64,000 nucleotides of DNA. It comes from an uncultured virus (IMG/VR IMGVR_UViG_3300037010_001713). Lineage: Duplodnaviria > Heunggongvirae > Uroviricota > Caudoviricetes. The position numbers and the translations under genes were made by a program. Location: the IMG/VR virus record IMGVR_UViG_3300037010_001713; one strand, written 5' to 3'. Below, piece by piece: positions 20,727 to 31,374 of the stretch (positions within the stretch are counted from its first letter, which is position 1; every line of letters starts with the position of its first letter). The notes beneath the pieces were generated by a model. That model did no database searches. It saw only the letters and a program-made list of their open reading frames with translations, and was not told the origin of the DNA.

Positions 20727-22115
20727 ATGGCAGGTGGTTTGTTAAGTGGTATCCTACAGTTTATAACAGCTGGGGGTACACTACTGGATAGTGATAAGGG
20801 TGGTGTAGTGGATCGTGTCTTAGCCGCATATGGATCAAAAGAAGGTCTTATGCTTAGCTTCGACGGTTCGGTTGGTCGACTGTTGAACGACTATGTTGTT
20901 GAACCAACTATCATGATAACACCAAACGCCGAGAAAAGCGGAGTTGCCCCTAAAGTTCTGAATCTATGTAGTGATATGTATGTAGCCTACTATATGCAAG
21001 CCTATGAGATTCTGACAGAAATATTGGGTGTTGATATGTCGACAGCAATCAAAGTGTTGGGAACGGATAATGGTAGTGTATCTGATGCTGTAATGGGTAG
21101 TATAGGTATTATTAATAACGAATCTTTTAACCGTATGGAACGCGCATTAAGCCAATCCCCGAATAATCCATTTGGTTCATTCGGCACATCTGGAGGGGTA
21201 AGTCTTGGTTTCGAAGCTAAAGGCGGGGGGGATAGAGCTTTTCTACCAGAAGAACAACAACTCAATGCAAGCCGAGTTATCATTAGACAAATAAAATTGA
21301 TAGCTAGACGAAAAAATTCGTTTATTACCGATATTAAACGTGAAGCTATAAATGACGATGTGAAGAAGAGGGTTGTTGTTAAAACCCGTGATGCTGAAAC
21401 AGGTGGGAGTCAAGATGATACTATTGAATGGACTGCTTCAAGGAGGATTACACCGATCGATGACGTGAATCCAGATAACTTTGATAACATCGGTAAAAGC
21501 GGTAACGTAACATCAGTAACTCATAAAGAACAGATTGACGAAATTAACTTAACGATTACTGTTCGTATGAACATCATAGTAGCTGATATAGACGATATTA
21601 TCTCATTACAAGATCCACATAAAGAAGACAATGATTTATCAGAGCGTATTGACGATATGAAGTCTGGCGCTATATCTTTCTGGACGGATCTTATACTCTG
21701 TAACGATTTAATCGACGCGTATAAAAAGAATAAAGTTCGCGATCTTAATAAGTTACATCAGATTATAAATTCCCGTAAAATATCAGCCAACTCTAAGTAT
21801 GTCACAAATAAAATGGCTGGTTTTGAAAAATTTTACAATATGATTGTTGTTACAGGTGATGAGAAAGATATTATAGACCAAACTGTTAAGGGTAATGCTT
21901 TTAACGAGCCGGTAAAAGATAATTTCTTAACAGGGACTGGATCGTTATCTTTAACTGTTATAGATGAGGATCATGATAGGGTATCTATGGTTACTAAAGA
22001 CATGAAGGGTATGACATATATGCGCTTCAGTGAGCTAGAAAACCGTAAAGATAAAACAAACTCTTATGACGAGATAATTAAGGCGATGCAGATGAATACT
22101 GCACCTAGATTCTAA
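20727..22115 (+). CDS. Virion inner-head protein (phiKZ gp89-like)
   Basis: VVEPTIMI...AYYMQAY motif, an internal LGFEA cleavage-type site, and position before gp90- and gp93-like genes. Confidence 0.5.
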   Translation: MAGGLLSGILQFITAGGTLLDSDKGGVVDRVLAAYGSKEGLMLSFDGSVGRLLNDYVVEPTIMITPNAEKSGVAPKVLNLCSDMYVAYYMQAYEILTEILGVDMSTAIKVLGTDNGSVSDAVMGSIGIINNESFNRMERALSQSPNNPFGSFGTSGGVSLGFEAKGGGDRAFLPEEQQLNASRVIIRQIKLIARRKNSFITDIKREAINDDVKKRVVVKTRDAETGGSQDDTIEWTASRRITPIDDVNPDNFDNIGKSGNVTSVTHKEQIDEINLTITVRMNIIVADIDDIISLQDPHKEDNDLSERIDDMKSGAISFWTDLILCNDLIDAYKKNKVRDLNKLHQIINSRKISANSKYVTNKMAGFEKFYNMIVVTGDEKDIIDQTVKGNAFNEPVKDNFLTGTGSLSLTVIDEDHDRVSMVTKDMKGMTYMRFSELENRKDKTNSYDEIIKAMQMNTAPRF

Positions 22116-22124
22116 GGAGAGTTA

Positions 22125-23060
22125 ATGAGTTATATAGATACAGTAGTTGATTTTATCCAATCAAACAGAGGAAAGATTCCAAGAACACTAGTAGAGGAAT
22201 TATTTAGTACCAATAATATGACAATCATTAGGGATGTTATACCGACACTAGATGAAATTTTAGAGGCATATAGTAATGGTATGAGTGATGGTCATTTTAA
22301 TCTACCGATCTATATGTTTAACGTAGTGAGACCAAAGAATAAGGTTAAGAGTGATGTTGAATTTATAGATGTTATACGAGAGACTTTTATGGGTTTTGTC
22401 GATATGTACGACGACTTCAGTAGTAAGTGTATACACATATTACCTAATGTTCTAAGTAGTGGTGTGATTAGTGTGCGGGATGCTGGGATATTGAAAGTTG
22501 TGAATGATGTTTCATATTTGACGTTATTCGTACAGGATTTTCTATACTATTACCTTAGTAAAGGCGATGTTTCTAGTTTCCCTAGGAAACGACAAAACGA
22601 TATAGTTAACAATGCTCCTCTATTCATGGATATTTTTGTTAGATACTCTATTGTAAATAAAAAAGATATGATAAAAGATTTAATGAGTTTACCAGAAGAA
22701 TTAATTGATGAAAATATTGATGATAAAAAAAGTATGATCAGTACAGTAATTCAAAACAATTTGTCTGAAAATAGTGAACTGCTTTCTGAATTCTTCTCGG
22801 ATGGTCGTAAAACCGATTCGCTACCTACAGTTAGTTCGTTCAATGGTAATCCAATTTATCATATCAGAATGTGGTTAGTCGATAAAGATTTAGAGAAATA
22901 TGATGAACTTAAACGTAAACGCATTTTAGTTCAATACAAATTAGCAGCTATAAAAAGAAAAGCTGAGGGAGGAGACACAAGTGACCTGAATAAACAGATA
23001 GACTTTAATGAGAAGAAATTAAGCGATATAGAATATGAGATGGAGAGACTCAAGTCGTAA
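22125..23060 (+). CDS. Virion head protein (phiKZ gp90-like)
   Basis: GNPIYHIRMWL motif followed by a C-terminal coiled coil. Confidence 0.55.
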   Translation: MSYIDTVVDFIQSNRGKIPRTLVEELFSTNNMTIIRDVIPTLDEILEAYSNGMSDGHFNLPIYMFNVVRPKNKVKSDVEFIDVIRETFMGFVDMYDDFSSKCIHILPNVLSSGVISVRDAGILKVVNDVSYLTLFVQDFLYYYLSKGDVSSFPRKRQNDIVNNAPLFMDIFVRYSIVNKKDMIKDLMSLPEELIDENIDDKKSMISTVIQNNLSENSELLSEFFSDGRKTDSLPTVSSFNGNPIYHIRMWLVDKDLEKYDELKRKRILVQYKLAAIKRKAEGGDTSDLNKQIDFNEKKLSDIEYEMERLKS

Positions 23061-23183
23061 CACTTAATTTTAAATCGCTTATATAGGGTTTTGAGGCGAA
23101 CATATGTTCACTAGCGCGCTAGACGAAGATGGTTAATTACTAGGGTCAGTCTAGCAGATTAAGATAAATTAAAAGGAAAAAAT

Positions 23184-24674
23184 ATGGGACTTTATGAAGA
23201 AAGTAAATTAGCTAAATACGCGGCTAATATCGGACTAGGATTTGAAGATGATGAGTCAGTAAGCCACGCAGAGGCTGAAGCTGAGTTTCTTAAGGCTGAA
23301 AGTGAGTTAGCTGATGCTCATGAAGAAGCAAAAGAAATCGTAGAGGATCTCGATGAAGCAACAGAGGCTACTGATAAGGTTCAAGATGTGTTAGATGATG
23401 CTAACGATGTTGTTGAAGAGGCTCCTGAAGAGGTCACTCCAGCTTACGTAGAATCTGTCGAAAAACACGTTGTAGATATTTTGTCAAAAGTGTATCCTAG
23501 AGCTAAAGAGATCGTAGCTCAATACGGATTTGAGAGTCGTCGTGTCGAGATTAATGCACTCATGCGTAAGAATGGTCGTTTTGGTCTTGAATCAGCACGT
23601 CAGACAAAACAAAGTATTGCTATCGATGGTTACCATGACCTACGAACGGGTCTTGAGGGTACGATGAGTAAAATGAAAGAAGCTGTGGCAGCGACCTGGG
23701 AGGCTCTGCTAAAAAGATTTTCTTTGTACGTCTTGAAAACTAAAGTATCTTTTAATTCATGGAGTATTTTTGTCACCAAACTAGAAAAACGTAGTAAAGA
23801 CATCCGAGAGAAGTACGAGTCAAAACCCTTTGAACCTAATCTCTCCGAGACTGATTCTAATGATGTTATGAAAAAGCTTGGTGCCATTATCATTCTAAAA
23901 TATAGAGCGGTTCCCACAGGTACTAAAGATATTAATGGGACTGATCTATTAGAGGCAGCTAAGGGGATCTGTAACGCTTATAAGGTTGAAAATAAATCAT
24001 TTGCGGATAAGACGAAAGATATCGTAGAAAAAGAAGACGCTGGTGAGATAAACACACTTATCGAAGGATTGGTTACTCCTGCTACCGAAGGCGATCTAAA
24101 TTTATTAGGGGTATCTAAATCAACCGATGGTAAGGAAAAAGTAAGTATTAGATTCAGTGGGGCTATTGGTTCGACTCTTAGCGGTATTGTATTTAGATCT
24201 ATTGATAAAGGTACTAAGGGGACTCCCGATAAACCGTCTAATGGATATCTGCCGGCCATTAGTGGCACCAAAGGCGTAATTCTACATCATTTAGAGTCTG
24301 AACACGTCAGTGAGAAACACGACATATCTGATGTAACTGTTAAAACAGCAGATCTTAATAAGTTAGCTACACTACTTAAAGAACTAGCTAAAGCCACTAA
24401 AGAAGGTAATAAGCTAGGTACTGAAATCGCTGATGAATTCAAACGAGCTATCGATAATGTTAAATCGTTCCGACGTAAACGAGGTGGCGACGCAGATACA
24501 GACAGCATGAAGAAAAATGCGATCAATGGAGTAAGTCATTTGTATGAACTTAACGCATTCCATACACCAAATGAAAGGTACCACACTTACACTAGTACCA
24601 TTAGTGGTCTTATTAGTTATGTGAATATTAGTTTGGATTACTTTGATAAAAAAGGTAAAAAAGATAAAAAATAA
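23184..24674 (+). CDS. Internal head protein with acidic propeptide (phiKZ gp93-family-like)
   Basis: Acidic A/E-rich N-terminus with several G-[LF]-E sites (LGFED, YGFES, FGLES, TGLEG) followed by the W.ALLK segment. Confidence 0.6.
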   Translation: MGLYEESKLAKYAANIGLGFEDDESVSHAEAEAEFLKAESELADAHEEAKEIVEDLDEATEATDKVQDVLDDANDVVEEAPEEVTPAYVESVEKHVVDILSKVYPRAKEIVAQYGFESRRVEINALMRKNGRFGLESARQTKQSIAIDGYHDLRTGLEGTMSKMKEAVAATWEALLKRFSLYVLKTKVSFNSWSIFVTKLEKRSKDIREKYESKPFEPNLSETDSNDVMKKLGAIIILKYRAVPTGTKDINGTDLLEAAKGICNAYKVENKSFADKTKDIVEKEDAGEINTLIEGLVTPATEGDLNLLGVSKSTDGKEKVSIRFSGAIGSTLSGIVFRSIDKGTKGTPDKPSNGYLPAISGTKGVILHHLESEHVSEKHDISDVTVKTADLNKLATLLKELAKATKEGNKLGTEIADEFKRAIDNVKSFRRKRGGDADTDSMKKNAINGVSHLYELNAFHTPNERYHTYTSTISGLISYVNISLDYFDKKGKKDKK

Positions 24675-24695
24675 TAACTGATGGTTATTAATATG

Positions 24696-24726
24696 TCCAA
24701 CACAGTAGATCATCTACTGTGTTGGA
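24696..24726. terminator. Stem-loop
   Basis: TCCAACACAGTAGA-TCA-TCTACTGTGTTGGA; same TAGATCATCTA apex as the hairpin at 10644. Confidence 0.65.
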
Positions 24727-24805
24727 TCTTAGAGTTTTTTTATTTGCTTGTATTATTTAAATAAACTTAATCGCTATTTCCTGAAAAGATAACCAAGGAG
24801 CCGTT

Positions 24806-26062
24806 ATGCCTATATACACTCTCGGAGAGCAACTAGATGGATTACCAGGAGCAAATTATACAACACAAGAGATAGAGCAGACTTCATTGTTATATTCTAG
24901 CGACCTAGATAACGAGTCGCTTTTACGCTTCTTACCAGGGATGAAGTGGTCTATCACATACTATAATCAGGATATTAATATCAACGATAGATTGAATCCA
25001 CTTGATACGAATATCCCCCCAAACCAGCAGAAATACAAGAGGATAAAAAACCTAGTCCTCTATGTTGATAGTGGTTTAGATAACGTCACACCAGAAGAGA
25101 TAAGTGGCGAGGCAGTCATTAATAGCGGTTTCTTACCTAATGTAAATGATGTATTTGTAGCTGACCTAGCGAACGGTAGGCGTTGTATGATGACCATAAC
25201 TGATGTAGCCGCCAGACATTACAATTTACATGACGTTTTCAATATCACTTATTCATTTTTCGCTTTTGCTGACACTAGCGTTGAATTATTCAATAATGTT
25301 GAATATAAAACAATCGTCAGATATAACTATAATGCAGACTTCATATCGTTAGGTGGATCACCACTGATACTGGAAGAAGAGTACGAAAAAAAGATAGATT
25401 TATTGCACCAATATAAACGGCTGATGCGTAACTATCTGTCAGACTTTTTAGATAAAGACAGTGGTTACCTACTGGTTCCAGCTGATAAACTGAAAATAGT
25501 TGATCCGTATATAACTCGATTCATTTTAAGTATCGTGGATGTAAATGATGTAAGTGATTATACAAGAATAACTAGTTTGGATTTTAGTGGCTATGAGTCT
25601 GTTACAACCATATGGAATGTTATTTTGGAGCGTGATATAACTATGCTGTCTGAGATAGATGTAATTAATCTTATCAATCCAGCAACTACTTTCATATCCT
25701 ATTTCAAACGTAATATAGGGTATACTGGATTGGATTATGTATATTACAAGAAGACATTCTCAGATGTGGATAAAGTCACTTTTTTAGACCAGAATCGTGG
25801 AAATGTGCAGTTGTCAACAATAGTGCCAAATACATCTGGTCGTATATTTTCTGATCGTTTTTATAAAGGAGATTTACCTAATTGTACTGATTTCGAGATT
25901 ATGTTATATGGTTTCTTGAACGGTGGTTATGTTAGTCTTGAGAAGATTGATATACTTATATCCGATTACAGTGGATGGTCTGATTATAAGAGATTTTATC
26001 TAACACCTATATTGGTCATATTTATGAAAGAAGCATATAACAAAATATGGTTTAGGGGGTAG
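24806..26062 (+). CDS. phiKZ-like virion structural protein
   Basis: G..W.ITYY.Q and PNVNDVFVADL..GR motifs; lies in the structural operon. Confidence 0.55.
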   Translation: MPIYTLGEQLDGLPGANYTTQEIEQTSLLYSSDLDNESLLRFLPGMKWSITYYNQDININDRLNPLDTNIPPNQQKYKRIKNLVLYVDSGLDNVTPEEISGEAVINSGFLPNVNDVFVADLANGRRCMMTITDVAARHYNLHDVFNITYSFFAFADTSVELFNNVEYKTIVRYNYNADFISLGGSPLILEEEYEKKIDLLHQYKRLMRNYLSDFLDKDSGYLLVPADKLKIVDPYITRFILSIVDVNDVSDYTRITSLDFSGYESVTTIWNVILERDITMLSEIDVINLINPATTFISYFKRNIGYTGLDYVYYKKTFSDVDKVTFLDQNRGNVQLSTIVPNTSGRIFSDRFYKGDLPNCTDFEIMLYGFLNGGYVSLEKIDILISDYSGWSDYKRFYLTPILVIFMKEAYNKIWFRG

Positions 26063-26064
26063 TT

Positions 26065-26550
26065 ATGCGTGAGATAGCTGGATTACTTAATACCCGTAGG
26101 TATTTCGTAAGTGTCCCTGTATTAGCAACATGGGATCGAATAGATTTCGAAAATAGAGGTGCTCCAGGAATAGAGCTCGAGGGAAATTTATTTCAAACTA
26201 ATGGGGGTCCTTTGGTCGATGTATATGCCACATTAGAGAAGATTATAGAGTATTACGATAATGGGTTTATGGTTAGAGCAAAAGACTCAAAGTCTGTATA
26301 TGATGGTCTATACGAAGTTTTATTAATACTACAAGATGAAAAAAGAACACACGGGCTACCTAAATTATTCGAAGGTTTATATCGTAGTGTCAAATCGTTC
26401 ACTGATGAAATTTATGAGAAAAACAAGAATATAATCGATAAAGAAGAAGAAACTTATGATTTCTACGGTAAGAAGAAAGTGCGTAAACTTAATGGAGGAA
26501 AAGCTAATCCGAAGTCTTTCGGTCGGGCTTTGTGGATGAGTAGCCAATGA
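26065..26550 (+). CDS. Hypothetical protein (structural operon)
   Basis: Coupled 161-aa ORF. Confidence 0.65.
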   Translation: MREIAGLLNTRRYFVSVPVLATWDRIDFENRGAPGIELEGNLFQTNGGPLVDVYATLEKIIEYYDNGFMVRAKDSKSVYDGLYEVLLILQDEKRTHGLPKLFEGLYRSVKSFTDEIYEKNKNIIDKEEETYDFYGKKKVRKLNGGKANPKSFGRALWMSSQ

Positions 26551-27887
26551 AGACTAAAGCTGTAAGTAACGATATTAATTTGATTGCTCGAGCCAGCTCT
26601 GCTCCCAGAATATATCTATGTTCTGTGGTGATAAGAGCGAATGATACGGATGTTAAACCAACATACCTTGTTTCTATCGATACTCTGAGGGATTATAATA
26701 ACAATTACGGAGATTATATCGTTGTGGACTTATTGATGGGTAATGGTGATTTTCAATATGATGTTCTCCCTTACAAAGATAATCTTACGGTTGTTATAAA
26801 TTACTCTATTAATGGTCGAGACACTCAACAGCAGTATAAAGCTGTTATTTTGAACAATAAAGGTAGCGGTATAGGTAACCTTAACCGAACTGCTTCTAGG
26901 AGCGATCTTAATAACGTCGGTTTAGTTCACGTCACCATTCAGTGTGTCGATTTAGCTGTAGAAGCCCTGAGGGGAACAAACGTTTACGGAATACGTCGGA
27001 ACACAACAGTTAAAGACACTATGCTAAGTAAGATACACGAAACGTTAGATTCTATATCCTTAGGTGGTGAAAAGCTAAAAGCATCTGTTAATCTATCTGA
27101 ACCAGACAATACAATGTTCTACGACCATATTACGATAGAACCAGGCATAACTATATTCGATTTACCAATATATCTACAGGAAACTTCGTATGGCGTTTAT
27201 AACGGTGGAATAGGGGTTTATTTTCAGAGAGATGCTGATGGTAATGGTGGGCTATATGTATATAACCAGGATTCTAAGGATTCCACCGATACAGTGGATT
27301 CTAGGATGATAATATATTCTGTCGATACTGATAAATATAACGACATTGAATCCACCTATATCATGGATGGTAACATACTGAAAGTTATTGGTGGTAGTAG
27401 TAAAAAGGGTATCGACACTGGTGAATCTGAGATGATGGATACTGGTGTATCATACGTCTCTATTAACCCAGATAGGATAATGCAGAGGAATGTGATAAAA
27501 AATGAGGATGGTGTTCTTATAAGTTCAAATGCTAACGTGGTTGTACAGTCGATGGCTGATAGAGCTGATTCCTCAGTCAAACATGAGTATGTGGGTATCA
27601 CTACTAATATGTTTAAACATCGGTCCGAAGCCGTTAGCAAATCTATGGCTCCTATTTTATTCACATGGAATAATTGCGATCCAGATCTTATATATCCATC
27701 TATGGCTGTTGTATTTACATACAACGATTCAAAGACAGGAACTACTAATTTATTCGGTAGTATATCATCCTGTTTTTACAAATATGATCATAAGAAGAGA
27801 AGTTATTCAGCTTTGTTAGTTGTTTCAGTCACTAAGGCTAATTTTTATAAATATACGGGGTTAAAAGATGAAGTTTACACGAGCTAA
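26547..27887 (+). CDS. Putative virion structural protein (baseplate-like)
   Basis: RDY..NYGD..., YLQ...YGVY..G.G.Y.Q and W.N.DPDL.YP.M motifs, recalled from phiKZ-like structural proteins. Confidence 0.5.
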   Translation: MKTKAVSNDINLIARASSAPRIYLCSVVIRANDTDVKPTYLVSIDTLRDYNNNYGDYIVVDLLMGNGDFQYDVLPYKDNLTVVINYSINGRDTQQQYKAVILNNKGSGIGNLNRTASRSDLNNVGLVHVTIQCVDLAVEALRGTNVYGIRRNTTVKDTMLSKIHETLDSISLGGEKLKASVNLSEPDNTMFYDHITIEPGITIFDLPIYLQETSYGVYNGGIGVYFQRDADGNGGLYVYNQDSKDSTDTVDSRMIIYSVDTDKYNDIESTYIMDGNILKVIGGSSKKGIDTGESEMMDTGVSYVSINPDRIMQRNVIKNEDGVLISSNANVVVQSMADRADSSVKHEYVGITTNMFKHRSEAVSKSMAPILFTWNNCDPDLIYPSMAVVFTYNDSKTGTTNLFGSISSCFYKYDHKKRSYSALLVVSVTKANFYKYTGLKDEVYTS

Positions 27888-28179
27888 CGAGCGTATGTAT
27901 CAAGGTTTTTTAGAAGAAGAAGATCGTAGGAATATCGGTGTCATATTTGACATACTAGGTATCAATGGAGATGACTCGAGGTTCGATAAGAAATTTAGCG
28001 AGATAACCATCGACCGTATACTAGCTAAATACGTAGTTAAAGAGATTCTCTTAGCTGGCTTGCAGCCAAATGAGACCATTATTAGTATCACTGTAAATGT
28101 TACGCTAGATGACAGAACAGTGCTGATTGGTGTCACTTCTATGAATGGCTACGTATATGAGTCACTACACTACAACTAG
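27868..28179 (+). CDS. Hypothetical protein
   Basis: 103-aa ORF filling the gap in the operon. Confidence 0.55.
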   Translation: MKFTRANERMYQGFLEEEDRRNIGVIFDILGINGDDSRFDKKFSEITIDRILAKYVVKEILLAGLQPNETIISITVNVTLDDRTVLIGVTSMNGYVYESLHYN

Positions 28180-28981
28180 GAGACATAGAGTGAGGATAGG
28201 AGTAACAACAGACTCTGTAGATACTAATAAATATAATCTACAGCAAGACAACGATGGGTATTATTACGTCCCTGTTGGAGCATTTAATTGTTTCAATACC
28301 TCAGGAGAATTCTATTTAAAAGAGGGATATATGGATTTCATAGATAACCCAGAATCCTCTTTTAACATAGACCTAAGGGCTGGTCAGCTATACGCCGAGA
28401 ATGGGCATCCTGCTAGAGATTTCGGTATTACAGATGAAGATTATTTACGCAGGATTGTTGATATATCTGAGTCTAATAGAATAGCACACATTAGATCTAT
28501 TGACTATCGTTTAACAGATATTGATAGCGGCTTTCCAGGTATGGGTAATGTTTATATTGTGAGTGCATGGGTTAAACCAGATGGTTCCGATATTGGGGCG
28601 AGGTTGAAAGCTGACCTAGATAACCCACATATAAACACAGCGTTCAGCGTGCGAAGCCTGATAAAAGAACAAATTATACGGGGAGTCAAGACCAGGAATG
28701 TCATGCTTCTCGTGACCTTTGATTCCGTAAATAAACCAGGAATACCATACGCGACGAAATATAAAGCATTAGGTCTGGAAAAGGCTAAGAAAGAGAATCC
28801 TTTTCTACTGCTAAACGAAAACAATGGCCTTGAGATCGAGATACCTACGATAGGGTTAGAGTCTGGTACACGAGCCGATTATCTTCTAGGAATAGAGAAG
28901 ACTGATTGTAGTGCTAGACTTGTTGATTTTTTTAATAGGTTGGACATCGATAAAAAAAGAAATGGAGTTCTTAAATGGTGA
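28145..28981 (+). CDS. Prohead (head maturation) protease, phiKZ gp175/T4 gp21-like
   Basis: LYAENGHP (catalytic His), AFSVRS (catalytic Ser), TFD.V..PG, and C-terminal self-cleavage-type GLE sites. Confidence 0.85.
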   Translation: MATYMSHYTTTRRHRVRIGVTTDSVDTNKYNLQQDNDGYYYVPVGAFNCFNTSGEFYLKEGYMDFIDNPESSFNIDLRAGQLYAENGHPARDFGITDEDYLRRIVDISESNRIAHIRSIDYRLTDIDSGFPGMGNVYIVSAWVKPDGSDIGARLKADLDNPHINTAFSVRSLIKEQIIRGVKTRNVMLLVTFDSVNKPGIPYATKYKALGLEKAKKENPFLLLNENNGLEIEIPTIGLESGTRADYLLGIEKTDCSARLVDFFNRLDIDKKRNGVLKW

Positions 28982-29742
28982 TGGATAAAATGTTTGATTA
29001 TGTATCGGCTACTATGTTAGACTTTAGGTCATGGGTTGCTGGGATGACCCTTACCGACTCTGATAAAACCCATGGAAAACTGAACTATAACACGCACTCA
29101 AGAGCGTTGTATGATTTAAAAGATGATGTTAAAGCGATTGTTAGTGGTGGTGTTCTTGTATACGATAATGTTGAGACAGTTGGTGTTATCATGGGTTTCA
29201 ATGGTCTTATACACGAGTTTGCTAAAACTCTAGCAAAAGATGGTGTCGAATATATAGAGGACTCTATGTCGTATATTTCTGAATGTATTGAAATTCTTAA
29301 GAAAATATCATACGTTAAAAACGGACATAAAACGACATATATTAAAAAAATCAGGTTTGATAAAGGGATAAATAAAATTTTATCTTTCATAGACCGAAAG
29401 TCCACTAACGAATTAGTTAGCGTTAATAAACTTTTTCACTCGGCGAACGAGTTATCTGATAGTGCTAAAATTTTATTAAGTGTCGAAGAGACTTTCTCTA
29501 TTGATACTCTTCTAAAATTTAAGAATTACGAAAAAGTTTTATCAGATATCCACGAAGATTTATCTAAAAATAATTATGATGGAGAATCTAGTGATAATGT
29601 AAAGAAAAGCGTGAATGAAATTTATGTTAACGTGGCCGATATCTTTGGAGTTGTTGGTAGTTTATTTACCATGTATAATCAGACAGTTGATACTACGTGT
29701 AATGTCGTATCTGCTCTGTTAATCGCATCAGACGGAGAGTGA
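28975..29742 (+). CDS. Hypothetical protein
   Basis: 255-aa helical ORF coupled to the protease. Confidence 0.65.
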   Translation: MVMDKMFDYVSATMLDFRSWVAGMTLTDSDKTHGKLNYNTHSRALYDLKDDVKAIVSGGVLVYDNVETVGVIMGFNGLIHEFAKTLAKDGVEYIEDSMSYISECIEILKKISYVKNGHKTTYIKKIRFDKGINKILSFIDRKSTNELVSVNKLFHSANELSDSAKILLSVEETFSIDTLLKFKNYEKVLSDIHEDLSKNNYDGESSDNVKKSVNEIYVNVADIFGVVGSLFTMYNQTVDTTCNVVSALLIASDGE

Positions 29743-29744
29743 TT

Positions 29745-29939
29745 ATGAAATGCATCTGTGAGTTATGTGGTAAAAAATTTGAATCTGACTGTAGTTATAG
29801 AGCTATATGCGATTCATGTTTATTCGAGTCCACTGACGTAACACCCAAACCTAGTGATGACCGCGGTGTCAGTAGCGAAGAGGGCTGTGAAAAAAAAAGT
29901 AATGGGTTGAAACAACTGCTTTTTAAACTATGGGATTAA
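29745..29939 (+). CDS. Small zinc-finger protein
   Basis: CELC...CDSC; GGAG RBS. Confidence 0.55.
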   Translation: MKCICELCGKKFESDCSYRAICDSCLFESTDVTPKPSDDRGVSSEEGCEKKSNGLKQLLFKLWD

Positions 29940-29956
29940 ACCTAGACACCTATATG

Positions 29957-29992
29957 ACAGATAGCGTGGTGATAATTCACCACGCTATCTGT
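29957..29992. terminator. Bidirectional stem-loop between convergent genes
   Basis: ACAGATAGCGTGGTGA-TAAT-TCACCACGCTATCTGT. Confidence 0.7.
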
Positions 29993-30000
29993 TTATTATA

Positions 30001-30606
30001 TCACAGATCGTCATCTGATCGGGTCCTTTTCAGAGCCTGATCATATAATGGTGTATAGCACCACAATAAATCTGGAATATATGTCATCCCGTAATATCTC
30101 TCTAGTCCATCGTTACTTGCTCTAGTGTGCCAGTGTTCGCTGGTTCCACCTGGGTAGTATACGTCAACGTAGCGATAATTTTCCACCCCCCGTATATACC
30201 ATTCAGGGGAGTGCTCTATGACTTCTTTCTTAACAAGAAATTCGTCAACTTTTGTGTATTCACCGTTTTTGAGGATACCGTAGATCTTCTCAGGGTCGTC
30301 TGTGAATATCTTTACTGTATCTATTTTATCACCGTTTACGAAAACCCCGGTAGGGTTTTTGTAGACTATTGGTTCTTTAGAGGCTTCACTCTTTAATTCA
30401 TCCCATAGGTTTTTTTCGAACTCGTCGAATCCTGAAACGTCTAACGTCATGGATATGTATCTTACGATACTCCTTTTTGTTAAAAGTTCCATTAGTTTGG
30501 ATCTGTACGGGTACTTGCTTTTTTGGGGTACATTCGTACCACGATAGATTAGCAGTGTATCTACATTATCGACAAATTGTTTACCGAATCTTTCTGTAAC
30601 TTCCAT
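30001..30606 (-). CDS. Unknown paralog family B, copy 1
   Basis: Shares FGKxFV, KRxIVRY, KIFTDD, DEFLV, DVYxPGGT and YGMTYIPDLLWCYTPLYDQA with three neighbours. Confidence 0.85.
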   Translation of the reverse strand: MEVTERFGKQFVDNVDTLLIYRGTNVPQKSKYPYRSKLMELLTKRSIVRYISMTLDVSGFDEFEKNLWDELKSEASKEPIVYKNPTGVFVNGDKIDTVKIFTDDPEKIYGILKNGEYTKVDEFLVKKEVIEHSPEWYIRGVENYRYVDVYYPGGTSEHWHTRASNDGLERYYGMTYIPDLLWCYTPLYDQALKRTRSDDDL

Positions 30607-30615
30607 ATTAACTCC

Positions 30616-31260
30616 TTATATTTTATTACATTTAGTGGTTGGAAAGAATCTACCAAATTTCTTCGTGATTCTCTCAACGGCTTGATCGTATAGTGGTGCA
30701 AAGCACCACAGCATATTAGGAATGTATACCATTCCGTAGTGACGGTCTGTTGCCCCCCACTCTACGTCGCTTCTAAGGGTCTCCCAGTCGACACGTGTTC
30801 CGCCTGGTCTGTACACATCCAGATGATTATTGCTATCCACCTCGATGATGACCCACTCAGGGTACTCATGTCTACACCCGACTCGGACAAGAAATTCATC
30901 AATTTCTGTGTATTCAGCATTTTTTAAGATGTCATAAATCTCCTCGATATTATCGGTGAAAAGCTTTGATGAATCCACTCTCACATCATTAACAAAAACA
31001 CCTGTGGTGTTTTCGTACGTGTACGGGTCCTTATCGGCCTCGGTCACTATTTCGTTCCACAGATCTCTATCAAGATCATTGAACTTGCTCTTATCAAGCA
31101 AGTTCTCGAGATATCTGACGACACCTCTTTTAGTTTTTAATGATGTTAGCGTGGCCGCCAAATCCTCAATATTTTCGTCTTCGCTTCTACCTGAGAAATT
31201 AGCGATAATCTCCACATGTCCCACGAATCTTTTACCAAATTTCTCTCTAACATATGTCAT
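30616..31260 (-). CDS. Unknown paralog family B, copy 2
   Basis: Same motifs as copy 1. Confidence 0.85.
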   Translation of the reverse strand: MTYVREKFGKRFVGHVEIIANFSGRSEDENIEDLAATLTSLKTKRGVVRYLENLLDKSKFNDLDRDLWNEIVTEADKDPYTYENTTGVFVNDVRVDSSKLFTDNIEEIYDILKNAEYTEIDEFLVRVGCRHEYPEWVIIEVDSNNHLDVYRPGGTRVDWETLRSDVEWGATDRHYGMVYIPNMLWCFAPLYDQAVERITKKFGRFFPTTKCNKI

Positions 31261-31283
31261 TTTAACTCCTTAAATTTAGTTAC

Positions 31284-31336
31284 ATATATACTATGTAACT
31301 GAAAAAAAATAAGATAACTAAAACTTATACGTATGT
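31284..31336 (-). promoter_or_regulatory. Accessory promoter motif with upstream partial palindrome
   Basis: TTTTTTTCAGTTACATAGTATAT; upstream ACTTATACGTAT. Confidence 0.65.
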
Positions 31337-31374
31337 AACAGATAGTGTGGTGATAACGCACCACACTATCTGTT
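31337..31374. terminator. Stem-loop, paralog of the hairpin at 29957
   Basis: AACAGATAGTGTGGTG-ATAACG-CACCACACTATCTGTT. Confidence 0.65.
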
